Of a DNA stretch of 64,000 nt, positions 23,061 through 37,123 are shown piece by piece. The stretch lies in the NCBI GenBank assembly GCA_963822965.1, contig CAWGJT010000010.1, forward strand, positions 1,088,001-1,152,000, given 5' to 3'. The notes beneath the pieces were generated by a model. The model ran no database searches, was not told the origin of the DNA, and saw only the letters and a program-made list of their open reading frames with translations. Position numbers and translations under genes: made by a program. Every line of letters starts with the position of its first letter. Position 1 is the first letter of the stretch. Source of the stretch: an uncultured delta proteobacterium (GTDB lineage Bacteria > Myxococcota_A > UBA9160 > UBA4427).

Positions 23061-24582
23061 TCAGGGCTCAGAGGACCCGCAGGCGGTCGTCTCCCCGGGC
23101 TCCGAACGCGGCGCCGCGCCCCCTCTCTTCGGCGATCCGGCTCGGTTGCTTCACCGTTCGTGCGGAGAAATCGTTCGCAGCACCGCCGGTTGGGACTGCC
23201 AGCAGCGAGTGGGGGGTGGCCTCCACGATCTCCACCTCCAGTAGCGTCGCCGGGGGCTGCCGCGGTCTCCACGTTCACCACCCGGTGGTAGGGGTCGCGG
23301 CCGCAGAGCTGCCCGGCTCCCTTCCGGCTCGCCCCCTCGAGCAGTATTCGTGTACGCGTTCCGACCCGACTGCGATGGTGGGCCAGGGTGAGCTCGCGCT
23401 GCAGCGCCTGCAGGGTCTCCAGGCGATCCTGGGCCTCCGCGGCGTCCACGGCGCCTTCGAGCGAGGCGGCCTGGGTTCCCGGTCGCGGCGAGTACTTGAA
23501 GCTGAAGCTGTCGACGAAGCCGACCTCGCGCACCAGCCGACAGGGTCTGCTCGAAGTCCGCGCGCGTCTCGCCCGGGAAGCCCACGATGAGGTCGGTCGT
23601 GATGGCGATGTCGGGACGCGCTGGCCGCGCAGGCGCTCGGCGATCTCGAGGTAGGCCTCCCGCGTGTAGCGCCGGCGCATGCGCTCCAGCACCGCCGACG
23701 GAGCCGCTCTGCAGGGGGAGGTGCACGTGGGGGCAGAGGCTCTCGAGCTCGCCGTGGGCCGCCACCAGCGCGTCGTCGAAGAAGAGCGGGTGGGGGCTCG
23801 TGTAGCGGATGCGCTCGATGCCGGGGACGGCGTCGAGGCGCCGCAGCAGCTCGGCGAAGGCCACCGTGCCCGTTCGCTCGGCCCTGGCCCCGGCGCAGGT
23901 CGTGACGGCCGTAGGCGTTGACGGTCTGGCCCGAGCAGCGTGATCTCGCGGACGCCGCGCGCCGCCAGGTCGCGCACCTCGGCGACGATCGCCTCCGCCG
24001 GCCGGCTGATCTCGCGCCCGCGCGTGAGGGGCACGATGCAGAAGCTGCAGAACATGTCGCAGCCCTCCATCACCGTGACGAAGGCGCACGGCGCCGCGGC
24101 GTGCCGGCTGCCCGCCCGGCGAAAGCGGCGTGGCGCTCGGGCAGGTCGAAGCGCTCCAGGGAGCGCGACTCGTCGGTGCGCGCCGAGCGCTGGCCCGCAG
24201 AGCGGCCGCGTCGGCCATGGCCGGCACCCAGCGCAGGTTGTGGGTGCCGAAGACGAAGTCGAGCTGCGAGAAGCGCGCCAGCAGCCGGTCGCCCACCTGC
24301 TGCGCGACGCAGCCCCCGACGCCGAGCACGCGCCCCGCGCGCGCCCGCCTTCCACTCGCGAAGCCGTCCGAGATCGCTGTAGAGCTGGTGCTCGGCCTTG
24401 TCGCGGATCGAGCAGGTGTTGATCACGAGCAGGTCGGCGTCGTCGGCCTCGGCGGTCTCGCGCAGCCCCGCGTGCAGCAGCAGATTCGAGAGCTTCTCGC
24501 TGTCGTGCACGTTCATCTGACAGCCGTAGGTCACGACCTTGAAACGCCGTTCCCCGCCGGCTGCCTGCTGCTCGTCGCCCAG
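23061..24582 (-). CDS. miaB: tRNA 2-methylthio-N6-isopentenyladenosine synthase (apparent frameshifts)
   Basis: [52 protein letters not shown]-like tail. Confidence 0.93.
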
Positions 24583-24746
24583 CCCGCGTCTCCTCGAAGG
24601 CGCCCAACCCTACCGGATGGGCTGGATGCTGTCAGAGCCCCGCCGGGCTCCCCCGGAGTTGCCGATGGCCGACAGAAAGACGACCTGCAAGCAGCTGGAA
24701 TCAAACAGGAAAACAGGAACTCAGAACAGCGTTGCACGATTTGGGT

Positions 24747-24774
24747 TTGACAAACCGTGGCGCGCCAGCATAAT
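24747..24774 (+). promoter_or_regulatory. sigma70-like promoter
   Basis: TTGACA (24747-52), 16 nt, CATAAT (24769-74) in an AT-richer intergenic stretch. Confidence 0.7.
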
Positions 24775-24780
24775 GCCTCA

Positions 24781-24928
24781 ACTGCACTTCAGCAGGAGAT
24801 TTCGACAGTTCCGGAGTGGCGGTGGATTGGTCATTTCTCACGAAATGTCCAACCTCTCACCCCCCAAAATGAGTCCACCGCCCTCCCCTGTGGAACGCCC
24901 CGCCTGGTCAACCGGCGGGGCGTTTTTC
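24781..24928 (+). ncRNA. Candidate small regulatory RNA with C-rich loop
   Basis: Own promoter, nested stems, CTCTCACCCCCC loop and intrinsic terminator; no credible ORF. Confidence 0.65.
24894..24927 (+). terminator. Rho-independent terminator
   Basis: AACGCCCCGCC / GGCGGGGCGTT stem running into TTTTT. Confidence 0.85.
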
Positions 24929-25033
24929 GTTGGGGCGCCGTGCCCCGCGGCGAGCACCGCCTGCGGCGGCTCCGCGCCCGCCCGGGTCGGGACGGCCCCG
25001 GGGACCCGGCAGGGAGCACCCCGCAGGCGCGGA

Positions 25034-26455
25034 TCAGAGGACGATCTGGTCGACGACCTTCGCGAGCTGTCGCAGGTTGCGGCACTCCTCGACGACGTCG
25101 CAGTACGGCAGGTAGCGATCCATCACGCTGTCGCCGAAGCCCCAGGCCAGGGGCTCTCGGGGTTCAGCCAGACCACGTTCTTGGCCTTGTTGTGGATGTC
25201 GCGCAGGCACCAGGCCCGGGGGTCGTTGTAGTTGTTGCGGGCGTCGCCCAGGATCAGCACGGTCGTGCTGTTGTCGATCGCCGACAGGTGGTTCTTCCAG
25301 AACTCGTGGAACGCGAAGCCGAAGTTCGAGCGGGTGTAGACGTTGATCACGTCGCCGCCGTCGAGGGCCTTCTCGATCGCGCTGTTGACGTCCTTCTCCT
25401 TGAAGAGCGGCGTCACCTCGCCGAGCTCCGCGACGAAGACGTAGGAGCGGATCTTCGTGAACGCTTCCTGCAGGCTGTACATGAACTGCAGCATGAAGCG
25501 CGAGACGTTGGCCACCGAGGACGAGACGTCGCAGAGGATGACGAGCTTCGGCCGATCCTTGCGGCGCTGCTTGTAGACCACCTCGAAGGGGATGCCCCCG
25601 CGCGCCATGTTGCGGCGCAGGGTCTGGTGCAGGTCGAGCTTGCCGTGCTTCAGGCGCTTGCGCCGGATCGAGAGCACGTTCTTGATGCGCTGCGCCAGCC
25701 GGGTCACCACCTCGCGCATGCGCGCGATCTCGTCCTCGGTGAGGTGGTAGAAGCTCTTCTCGGTGAGCATCTCGCGGCGGAACTTCTCCATGTAGTCGTG
25801 GTTCTGGTTCTGCAGCTCGCGCTCGGTGAAGTTCCGCACCACCTTCGCGGAGCGTCTCCATCAGCTTGCCGATCAGGTTGCGCAGCTGCTCGACCTGCTC
25901 CGGCGAGAGGCCGGCGTCCGCCAGGCGCTGGGCGAGGTCCTCGAGCTCTTCGCCGGCTCCCTCGGCGCCCAGCTCCTCCATGGTGCGGCGGCTGAAGAAG
26001 CCCACCTGCAGCATGTTCTCGATGCGCTGGGTGCCCGGCCTGCTCGGCGGCCTCGCGGATCAGGTTCTCGAGGGTGGAGAGGTCCTGGGTGAGCAGCGCC
26101 TTGGCGAGCTCGGAGAGGTCGGCGTCGCCGTCCATCTGCCCGAGCAGCTCGGCGAGCTGCCGCAGCAGCTCTTCGAGGTCGACGCCCTGCTCGCCCATCT
26201 GGCCGGCCATGTCGCCGAAGGCTTCGCGCAGGTTGTCGTAGAAGCCCGACCAGAAGAGGTCGAAGAGCTCGTCGTAGGTGGGGATCTCGTCGCCGCGCTT
26301 GATCATGGACGCGCGCAGGGCGTCCTTGAACAGCTCGCGGTCGTCGAAGGAGAGCTCGTCGAGCGCCTTGAAGGCGTCGATGGCCTCCGACACCGAGACC
26401 CGAACCCCGCTCTTCCGGAGCAGGTTCGTGAACTCGATGATCTTCTGCCTGCCAT
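25034..26455 (-). CDS. CoxE-like VWA domain protein (apparent frameshifts)
   Basis: LLRKSGVRVS, LDLHQTLRRN, MIDAS DVSSS, ILGDARNN, WLNPE, ECRNLRQL. Confidence 0.88.
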
Positions 26456-26457
26456 GC

Positions 26458-27442
26458 TCAGTGGAGGATCCCCTTCTTCTGCGGCGGCCGGAGCGGACCT
26501 GGCGGCTTCTCGGCGGCCGCCTCGCGCGGTCTTCTTCTCGAGCAGCTTCGCCAGCTCGTTCTGGGCCTTCTTCACGTCGCCCTCGTACTTCAGGATGACG
26601 TTCAGCGTATCGTTCACGAGCTCGTCGTCGAGCTCGTTGGCGTTCAGCGCCAGCAGCGCCCGCGCCCAGTCGAGGGTCTCGCTGATGGACGGGGTCTTCT
26701 TCAGGTCGAGCTCGCGGATGCGACTGCATCACGGCGACCACTTCCTCGGCGAGGCGGTCGTCGATGCCCGGCACCTTGCGTCTCGAGGATGCGCACCTCG
26801 AGCTCGTCGCTCGGGATAGTCGATCCACAGGTGCAGGCAGCGCCGCTTGAGCGCGTCGCTCATCTCGCGCGCGTCGTTCGAGGTGAGGAAGACGAGCGGC
26901 TGGGTCTTGGCCTTGAGGGTGCCGATCTCGGGCACCGTCACCTGGAAGTCCGAGAGCACCTCGAGCAGGAAGGCCTCGAACTCCGGGTCCGACTTGTCCA
27001 CCTCGTCGATCAGCAGCATCACCGGCTCTTCGGCGGTGATCGCCTGCATGAGCGGGCGCGGCACGATGAACCGCTCCGAGAAGAAGACCGAGTCCTCGGC
27101 GCCGATCTGCTCGGCGGCCTCGCGCAGGTTGGTGGCCCCCTCGATGGTCTCGGCGACCTTGTCCTTGAGGATCTGCGTGTAGAGGAGCTGCTTCGAGTAC
27201 TCCCACTCGTAGAGCGCCTTGGCCTCGTCGAGGCCCTCGTAGCACTGCAGGCGGATGAGGTCGCCGGCCGAGGGCCGCGGCCACCACCTTGGCGAGCTCG
27301 GTCTTGCCGACGCCGGCGGGCCCTTCGATCAGCACCGGCTTGCCGAGCTTGTTGGCGAGGAACACCACGGTCCGATGCGCTTGTCGCAGATGTAGCCCTG
27401 CTTCTCCAGCTGCGAAACGACGTGGTCTACGGATTCGAACAT
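26458..27442 (-). CDS. MoxR/CoxD-like AAA+ ATPase (apparent frameshifts)
   Basis: EGPAGVGKTELAK, LQCYEG, LIDEVDK, SDALKRRC. Confidence 0.9.
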
Positions 27443-27543
27443 CAACGGCTCCCTGGTGAATGCTCGCGGTGTGCCCGCGTACGGCGGTGCGGGCCCGGCC
27501 CGCGTGCGCGCTCGGCCACTCCGGGCCATCGGCGCGGCTCGCT

Positions 27544-28824
27544 TCAGCCCATCAGATGAAGGACGTGGCCGAGCTTCTCCTTCTTGGTGCGGAGGTACTC
27601 GAGGTTGTTGGCGTTGGGCTCGATCTCGAGCGGAACCCGCTCGACGATGCGCAGCCCGTAGCCTTCGATGCCGGCCCGCTTGCCCGGGTTGTTCGTGATC
27701 ATGCGCAGCTGGCGCACGCCGAGGTCCACCAGGATCTGCGCGCCGACGCCGTAGTCCCGCAGGTCGGCCGCGAAGCCGAGCCGGTGGTTCGCCTCGACCG
27801 TGTCGAGGCCCTCGGTGTCCTGGAGCGCGTAGGCCTTGATCTTGTTCTTGAGCCCGATGCCCCGGCCCTCCTGCCGCATGTAGAGCAGGATGCCCGAGCC
27901 CTCGGCGGCGATCATGCGCAGGGCCGCGTCGAGCTGCTCGCCGCAGTCGCAGCGCAGGGAGCCGAAGGCGTCGCCGGTGAGGCACTCGCTGTGCACCCGC
28001 ACCAGGGTCGGGCTTGTCCGGATCGATCTCGCCCGCCACCAGCGCCATGTGGTCGACGTGGTCGATCTCGTTCTCGTAGACGATGCACTGGAACTCGCCG
28101 GCCACGGTGGGCATGCGGGCGGTCGCGGCGCGTCGCACCAGCGTCTCGTTGCGCAGGCGGTACTGGATCAGGTCGCGGATGGTCACGATCTTGAGATCGT
28201 GCTTCTTCGCGTACGTCGGCCAGGTCGGCCAGGCGCGCCATGGTGCCGTCGTCGTTCATGATCTCGCAGATGACCCCGGCGGGCTCGGAAGCCCGCGAGG
28301 CGCGCGAGATCGACGGAGCCCTCGGTCTGGCCGACGCGCCGCAGCACGCCGCCCGGTCGCGCGCGCAGCGGGAAGACGTGTCCGGGGCGCACGATGTCGT
28401 GGGGGCGCACGTCGTCGCGAATCGCCACCTGGATGGTGTGGGCGCGGTCCGCCGCCGAGATGCCCGTGGTCACGCCTTCGCGCGCCTCGATCGAGACCGT
28501 GAAGGCGGTGCCGAAGGTCGCGGTGTTCTCGTGGTCGGGCACCATCATGCGACAGATGGAGCTTGGCCATCTGCTCCTCTTCCATGCGCCAGGCAGATCA
28601 GGCCGCGCCCGTAGGTCGCCATGAAGTTGATGGCCTCGGGCGTCACCGCCTCGGCCGCCATGCACAGGTCGCCCTCGTTCTCCCGGTCCTCGTCGTCGAC
28701 CAGGATCACCATCTTGCCGGCGCGGATGTCGGCGATCGCGTCCTCGATGCTGCTGAGGACGGAGCTCCGCTTGCATGGGCACGACCGGTGTCGCGTCGGA
28801 ACGGGGTTTCTGCGGCGCTGCCAT
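27544..28824 (-). CDS. ribBA: Bifunctional DHBP synthase / GTP cyclohydrolase II (apparent frameshifts)
   Basis: [49 protein letters not shown]. Confidence 0.94.
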
Positions 28825-28959
28825 TCGCTTTGCTTCTCCCGAGAGGCCCCGTCCGGACCGCAGGATGCAGTTCCGGCGGGTCCACGTCCTGGGACCGGGC
28901 GGGCAGCGGGGCTGCGGGCTTCGAAGCTCCGGCCTACCCCTTGGGGTGGGCGCTCGGGC

Positions 28960-28988
28960 AAGCTATCAGTCGTTGACTGGGGTGTCAA
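28960..28988 (-). promoter_or_regulatory. sigma70-like promoter of ribBA with inverted repeat in spacer
   Basis: TTGACA-N17-TAGCTT on minus strand; spacer contains CAGTC-aac-GACTG. Confidence 0.65.
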
Positions 28989-29029
28989 TTAGAGCACAGG
29001 CGGCTCTGGAGCGGCACCGGGAGCGCGTG

Positions 29030-29735
29030 TCAGGACGACCCGGCGGCATCGACGCGCCTCAGCCGCGGGCGCGGGCCACGGGCCGGAAGTTCTTCAGGAC
29101 GCCCTTCAGGAAGTCCTCCTCGGAGACCCCGAACTTGGCCTCGAAGTCGTGCTTGCTCGTCGAGGCTCCGGTAGAGCCCGCGCATCAGCTCGCGGAAGGT
29201 CTCGAGCACGCCCTCGCCCCGGAGTCGCGACGGCCGGATAGGTCGGAATGTCGCCCCACTGCTCCTTGATCTCGCTGAGAGCGGCTTCACGTCCGGACAG
29301 TCGCGCTTGTTGAACTGCACCACCTTCGGAAGCGCGTCGAAGTCGATGCCGTGGGACTTGAGGTTCGCCTCCATGTCGCGCCAGGAGTAGGCGTTGGCGC
29401 TGGCGGACGAACGCTGGGAGTCGGCGACGAAGCAGATCGCGTCGGCGCCGGCGAGCACCACCTTGCGGGTCGACTTGTGCATCACCTGGCCCGGGCACGG
29501 TGAAGAGCTTCATCTTGACCGAGAAGCCCGCCCGCCGTGTCGAACTCGATCGGCAGGAAGTCGAAGTAGAGCGTGCGGTCGTCCTTGGTGTCGAGGGTCA
29601 CCATCTGGCTCGCGGGAGGCCGGATCCATCAGCTCGTGGAGCTGCTGCAGGTTGGTCGTCTTGCCCGACAGGGCGGGACCGTAGTAGACCACCTTCATGG
29701 TGATCTCCTTGCGTCGCCATGTTGATCTGCACCAT
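29030..29735 (-). CDS. MglA-family small GTPase (apparent frameshifts)
   Basis: [42 protein letters not shown]. Confidence 0.9.
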
Positions 29736-29888
29736 CGGTCCGGCTCCCGCGTCTCCGCCGCGACGCCCCCGGGAATCGGCAGGGAGCGCGGACGGAAACG
29801 GCCACCCGGTTTGATCGGCAGGACGGCCCGCGAACATGAAGCCCAAGAAGCCGGACCCGGCGGGCGGCCCCCGGCGACGGACCCGTTA

Positions 29889-30902
29889 TCAGGCTCGATC
29901 TCGAAAGCTTCCAGCAGGGCGCGAGCGGCGCGCGGCGGGGGTCGTCTTCGAGCGCCTCCACGTCCCGCTCGAGGCGCCCCGATGCGCTCGCGCACGGCCG
30001 GATGGCCGCGGAAGGCCCGCCGGAGGCCCTCCTCGACCAGAGCTCCACATCCAGTCCCGGGCCTGGCGCCGGCGCCGCTGCTGGAGCGACCCGTCCGCCT
30101 GGCACAGGGCCCGGTGCTCCTCGATCGGTCTGCCAGACCTCGGGGATCCCGGCGCCGGTGCGGGCGCTGGCCGTCAGCACGCGCGGCCTCCAGCCGCGGG
30201 CGCGGGCGCAGCAGCTCCAGGGCGCTCGCGTAGCTCGATGCGGGTGCGCTCGGCGATGCGCCAGGGTGTCGCCGTCGGCCTTGTTCACGACCACCGCGTC
30301 CGCGAGCTCGATCACGCCCTTCTTGATGCCCTGGAGCTCGTCGCCGCCCCCGGGCGCGAGGAGCACGAGGAAGAAGTCGACCATGGAGGCCACCGTCACC
30401 TCGGACTGCCCGATGCCCACGGTCTCGACCAGCACGACGTCGTAGCCCGCCGCCTCGCAGAGCAGCATCGCCTCGCGGGTGCGCTGGGCGACGCCGCCCA
30501 GCGAGCCGCCCGAGGGCGACGGCCGGATGAAGGCCTCGTCGCCGCCGGGAGAGCCGCTCCATGCGGGTCTTGTCGCCGAGGATGCTGCCGCCGGTGACCG
30601 GGCTGCTCGGGTCGACGGCCAGCACCGCCACCCGATGCCCCTGCTCGACGCAGGTCAGGCCCGAGGGCCTCGATGAAGGTGCTCTTGCCGACGCCCGGGC
30701 GGACCGGTGATGCCGACCCGGATGGCGCCGCCGCGTGTCGGGCACCAGCGCGTCGAGCAGCGCGCTGCGCGAAGGCCGCGATCGTCCTCGCGCGTGCTCT
30801 CGAGCAGGGTGATCGCGCGGGCCATGGCCCGACGATCGCCGCGCCCGGATCGCGTCGCCGCCACTCGCGCGGCGGCCGCTCCGGGGAGAGCGGCGCGCCG
30901 GC

Positions 30903-30906
<4 letters not shown>
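29889..30906 (-). CDS. meaB: Methylmalonyl-CoA mutase-associated GTPase (apparent frameshifts)
   Basis: [52 protein letters not shown]; 3' end approximate. Confidence 0.92.
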
Positions 30907-33131
<2,225 letters not shown>

Positions 33132-33196
33132 CACTTCTCCTGTCTCCCGGATCTCCGGCTCCGATCCCCCGGGCGGGTATCGGGCCGGGGCCGAGT

Positions 33197-36100
33197 CTAC
33201 ATCGACCGCCGGTAGCGGCCTCCCACCTCGAACAGGGCGTCGCTGATCTGCCCGAGGCTCGCGGTCTTCACCGTCTCCATCAGCTCGTCGAAGATGTTGC
33301 CACCCGCGAGCGCCGTCTGCTGCCAGCCGCGACAGCGCCGCCGGCGCCTCGTCGCGCCAGCGGGCCTGGAAGGCCGCCAGGTTCTCGAGCTGGCCGCGCT
33401 TCTCGTCGTCGCCCGAGCGGATCAGGGTCTCGGCGCCCGGGCGCCCGGACGTCGGGCTCCGGGTTCTCGAACGTGTTCACCCCGACGATCGGGAGCTCGC
33501 CCGAGTGCTTCAGCGACTCGTAGTGCAGGCTCTCGTCCTGGATCCGTCCGCGCTGGTAGAGGGTCTCCATCGCGCCGAGCACGCCGCCCGCGCTGCGACA
33601 GCCGCTCGAACTCCTGCAGCACCGCCTCCTCCACCAGGTCGGTCAGCACCTCGGTCAGGTAGGCGCCCTGGGCCGGATTCTCGTTCTTCAGGGTCCCGAA
33701 CTCGCGCGTGAGGATGAGCTGGATGGCCACGGCCCGCCGCACCGATTCCTCGGTCGGCGTCGTCACGGCCTCGTCGTAGGCGTTCGTGTGCAGGCTGTTG
33801 CAGCCGTCCTGCAGGGCCGTCATGGCCTGCAGGGTGGTGCGGATGTCGTTGAAGGCCATCTCCTGGGCGTGCAGCGAACGGCCGCTCGTCTGGATGTGGT
33901 ACTTGAGCTTCTGGCTGCGCTCGCCGGCGCCGTAGCGCTCGCGCATGGCGACCGCCCAGATGCGCCGGGCGACCCGGCCGATCACGCCGTACTCGGCGTC
34001 GAGCCCGTTGCTGAAGAAGAACGAGAAGTTCGGGGCGAAGTCGTCGATGCGACATGCCCCGGGCCAGGTACGACTCGCAGTACGTGAAGCCGTTGGCCAG
34101 GGTGAAGGCGAGCTGGGAGATCGGGTTCGCCCCGGCCTCGGCCATGTGGTAGCCCGGAGATCGAGACCGAGTAGAAGTTGCGCACCTCGTTCGCGATGAA
34201 GTGCTCCTGGATGTCGCCCATCACCTTGAGCGAGAACTCCGTGGAGAAGATGCAGGTGTTCTGGGCCTGGTCCTCCTTCAGGATGTCGGCCTGCACGGTG
34301 CCGCGCACCCGCCGCAGGGCGTCGGCGCGGATGCGCGCGTAGGTGTCGGCGTCGACGGCCCGGTCGCCCGGGATGCCGAGGAGGCCCGAGCCCGAAGCCG
34401 TCGTGGCCGGCGGGCAGCGGACCCCGGTAGGACGGCAGGTCCGCGAAGCGCGCCCGCACCGCCTCGAGGCGACCCGTCTCGCGCAGGTGCTTCTCGACCT
34501 GCTGGTCGATGGCGGCGTTCAGGAAGAAGGCGAGCACGGTCGGCGCCGGGCCGTTGATGGTGAGCGACACCGAGGTGGTCGGATCGCACAGGTCGAAGCC
34601 CGAGTAGAGCTTCTTGGCGTCGTCCAGGGTGCAGATGGAGACGCCCGAGTTGCCGACCTTGCCGTAGATGTCGGGCCGCGGGTCGGGATCGCGGCCGTAG
34701 AGGGTCACGCTGTCGAAGGCCGTCGAGAGCCGCGCGCCGGCCGCCGCTGGCCGCTGGCGCGAGATAGGTGGAAGCGACGGTTCGTCCGCTCCGGGTCCGC
34801 CCTCGCCCGCGAACATGCGCGTCGGGATCCTCGTTCGGTACGGCGGAACGGGAACACCCCCGCCGTGAACGGGAAGCGTCCCGGCAGGTTCTCGCCGCGC
34901 AGGAAGCGCACGAGCTCCGCCGGGTCGTCGCTGCGCGGCAGCGCCACCTTGGGCAGCCGGGTTCCGCGAGAGCGTCTCGGTGTGGTTGCGCACCCGGATC
35001 TCGCGTCCCGCGCACGCTGTAGGACTGCTCGTCGCCCTGGTAGCGCTCGCGCACGTCCGGCCAGCGCTCGAGGGCCCCGCGAAGGTCGGCGTCGAGCTCG
35101 GCCAGGGCCGCCTGCCGACGGGCCTCCAGCCGGGCCAGCACGGCTTCCTCCAGCGGCGGCTCGTCGCCGGACTCCCGCAGCGCTTCCGTCGCCTGCGCCA
35201 GGGCCCGGGCCCGGGCGGCGCTGCGCGCCTGCTCTTCGGTGCGGCGGCGGTACGCCCGGTTCTGCTCGGCGATCTCCGCCAGGTAGCGACGACGCGCCGG
35301 CGGCACCAGGGCCGGCGCCGTGGGCAGTGCGATGTCCAGGGTCCCCGCACGCTCGGGCTGGCCGAAGCGGTCCCCGGCCCGGGCGGCGAGTCGCCCGCGG
35401 AGGGCCTCGTAGAGCCGCTCCGTGCCGGGGTCGTCCCACTGGCGGGCGATGGTCGGGAAGACCGGAATCTCCGCGTCGGCGGCCTGGGGCGCGGCGTGGT
35501 TGCGCTTCCACTGCTTGCGCACGTCGCGCAGGGCGTCCCGGGCGCCGTGGCGGTCGAACTTGTTGAGCACCACGAGGTCGGCGAGCTCGAGCATGTCGAT
35601 CTTCTCGAGCTGGGACGGCGCGCCGAACTCGGGCGTCATCACGTAGAGCGAGAGGTCGACGAGATCCACGATCTCCGAGTCGCTCTGGCCGATGCCCGCC
35701 GTCTCGACGAACACCAGGTCGAACGCCGCCGCCCGCAGCACGCACAACGCGTCCCGAACCGCCGCCGACAGCGCCAGGTGCGCCCGCCGCGTGGCCATGG
35801 AGCGCACGAACACGCGACCGTCCGCGATCGCGTTGAGGCGGATGCGATCGCCGAGCAGCGCACCGCCCGAGCGCCGCCGCGTCGGGTCCACCAGCACCAG
35901 CGCCACCCGCAGCTCGGGCAGACCGCGCCGGAAGCGCCGCACCAGCTCGTCGACGACGCTCGACTTGCCGGCGCCGCCCGTGCCCGTGAACCCGATCACC
36001 GGAATCGCTGCGCGCGCGGTGCGGGCGGCGCCCTTCTCGGCGAGGGCCGCGCGCAGGGCGTCGGGGCCGGAGCCCTCACCGCCGCGCTCGAGGGCGCTGA

Positions 36101-36651
36101 TCAGGCGGGCGACGAGCGCGGGATCGTCCGCGCTCGAGGCGGTCCACCTCCGCGATCAGCTCGCGCGCCGCGGTGCGGCGGGCGGTGGCCGGAGCCGCCG
36201 CCCGGCACTCCTCGAGGATCGAGTCGATCATGCCTTCGAGACCCAGGCTGCGGCCGTCCTCGGGGCTGAAGATGCGCGCGACGCCCGCCGCCTGGAGGGC
36301 TTCGATCTCCTCCCGGCGTGATGGTGCCGCCGCCGCCGCCGTACACGCGCACGTGGGGAACGCCCGCGCTCCCGCAGCCGCTCGACCAGGTAAGTGGAAG
36401 AACTCCATGTGGCCGCCCTGGTAGGACGAGATGGCGACCGCGTCCGCGTCCTCCTGCACCGCGGCGTCGACGATCTCGTCCACCGAGCGGTCGTGCCCCA
36501 GGTGGATGACCTCCGCGCCCCGGGCCTGCAGCAGCCGGCGCATGATGTTGATGGCGGCGTCGTGGCCGTCGAAGAGCGAGGCGGCGGTCACCACCCGCAC
36601 CGGGGGCGCCTGCGCGTGCAGCGGGATGACGGGAGCGGGGGCGGTGGTCAC
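33197..36651 (-). CDS. icmF: Fused isobutyryl-CoA mutase/GTPase (apparent frameshifts)
   Basis: N-terminal B12 domain [27 protein letters not shown]-domain, [21 protein letters not shown]-terminus [12 protein letters not shown]. Confidence 0.93.
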
Positions 36652-37052
36652 GGCGCTTCTCCGATGCGGCTCGCCACGTGGTCCCGGTACTTGCTCATCT
36701 CGTCGCGCAGGGCCGTCAGCTCGGCGATGCGGCCCTCGAGGTCGGCGAGGTGCGAGCCCAGCAGGTCGTCGAGACGCTCGAGCATGGCGTGGGTGGAGCC
36801 GGCGATCGCGTAGACGACGTTGAGGTCCTTGATCTCGGCGAGGGAGAGCCCGAGGGCCTTCAGGCGCCGGATGAAGCGGAGCCGCTCGATCTCGTCGCGG
36901 CCGTACACGCGCCGGCCTCCCTGGCGGCGCCGGACGCCCGGCAGCAGACCGAGCTCTTCGTAGTACCGCACGGTTCGGGCGGAGAGCCCGCTGTCGCGGC
37001 AGGCCTCGCGGATCGAGAGCTCGCCCGCCGCAGGATCCGGGGGTGAAGGCAT
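36648..37052 (-). CDS. MerR-family regulator (LiuR-like context)
   Basis: [35 protein letters not shown]; stop overlaps icmF start. Confidence 0.88.
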   Translation of the reverse strand: MPSPPDPAAGELSIREACRDSGLSARTVRYYEELGLLPGVRRRQGGRRVYGRDEIERLRFIRRLKALGLSLAEIKDLNVVYAIAGSTHAMLERLDDLLGSHLADLEGRIAELTALRDEMSKYRDHVASRIGEAP

Positions 37053-37123
37053 CGGGGAACCTCGCAGGCCGGTGGGCCCGCTCGAAGGGTGCCGGGCCGG
37101 CTCCATGGCTCACATCGGCAGGA

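Noticed and set aside
19708..24607. Very long shadow ORFs (1178 and 1472 aa; similarly 51290-54499 and 57115-59940)
   Set aside because: Antisense or off-frame to well-supported genes, Arg/Gly/Pro-rich with no motifs; expected at high GC
24539..25231. 230-aa plus-strand ORF across the miaB-VWA spacer
   Set aside because: Overlaps both flanking genes, crosses a promoter and terminator, and has no recognisable motif
28825..28955. FMN riboswitch upstream of ribBA
   Set aside because: Only fragments (GTCCGGA, GGGAGAAG) resemble it; the GGTGAAA.TCC T-loop motifs are absent
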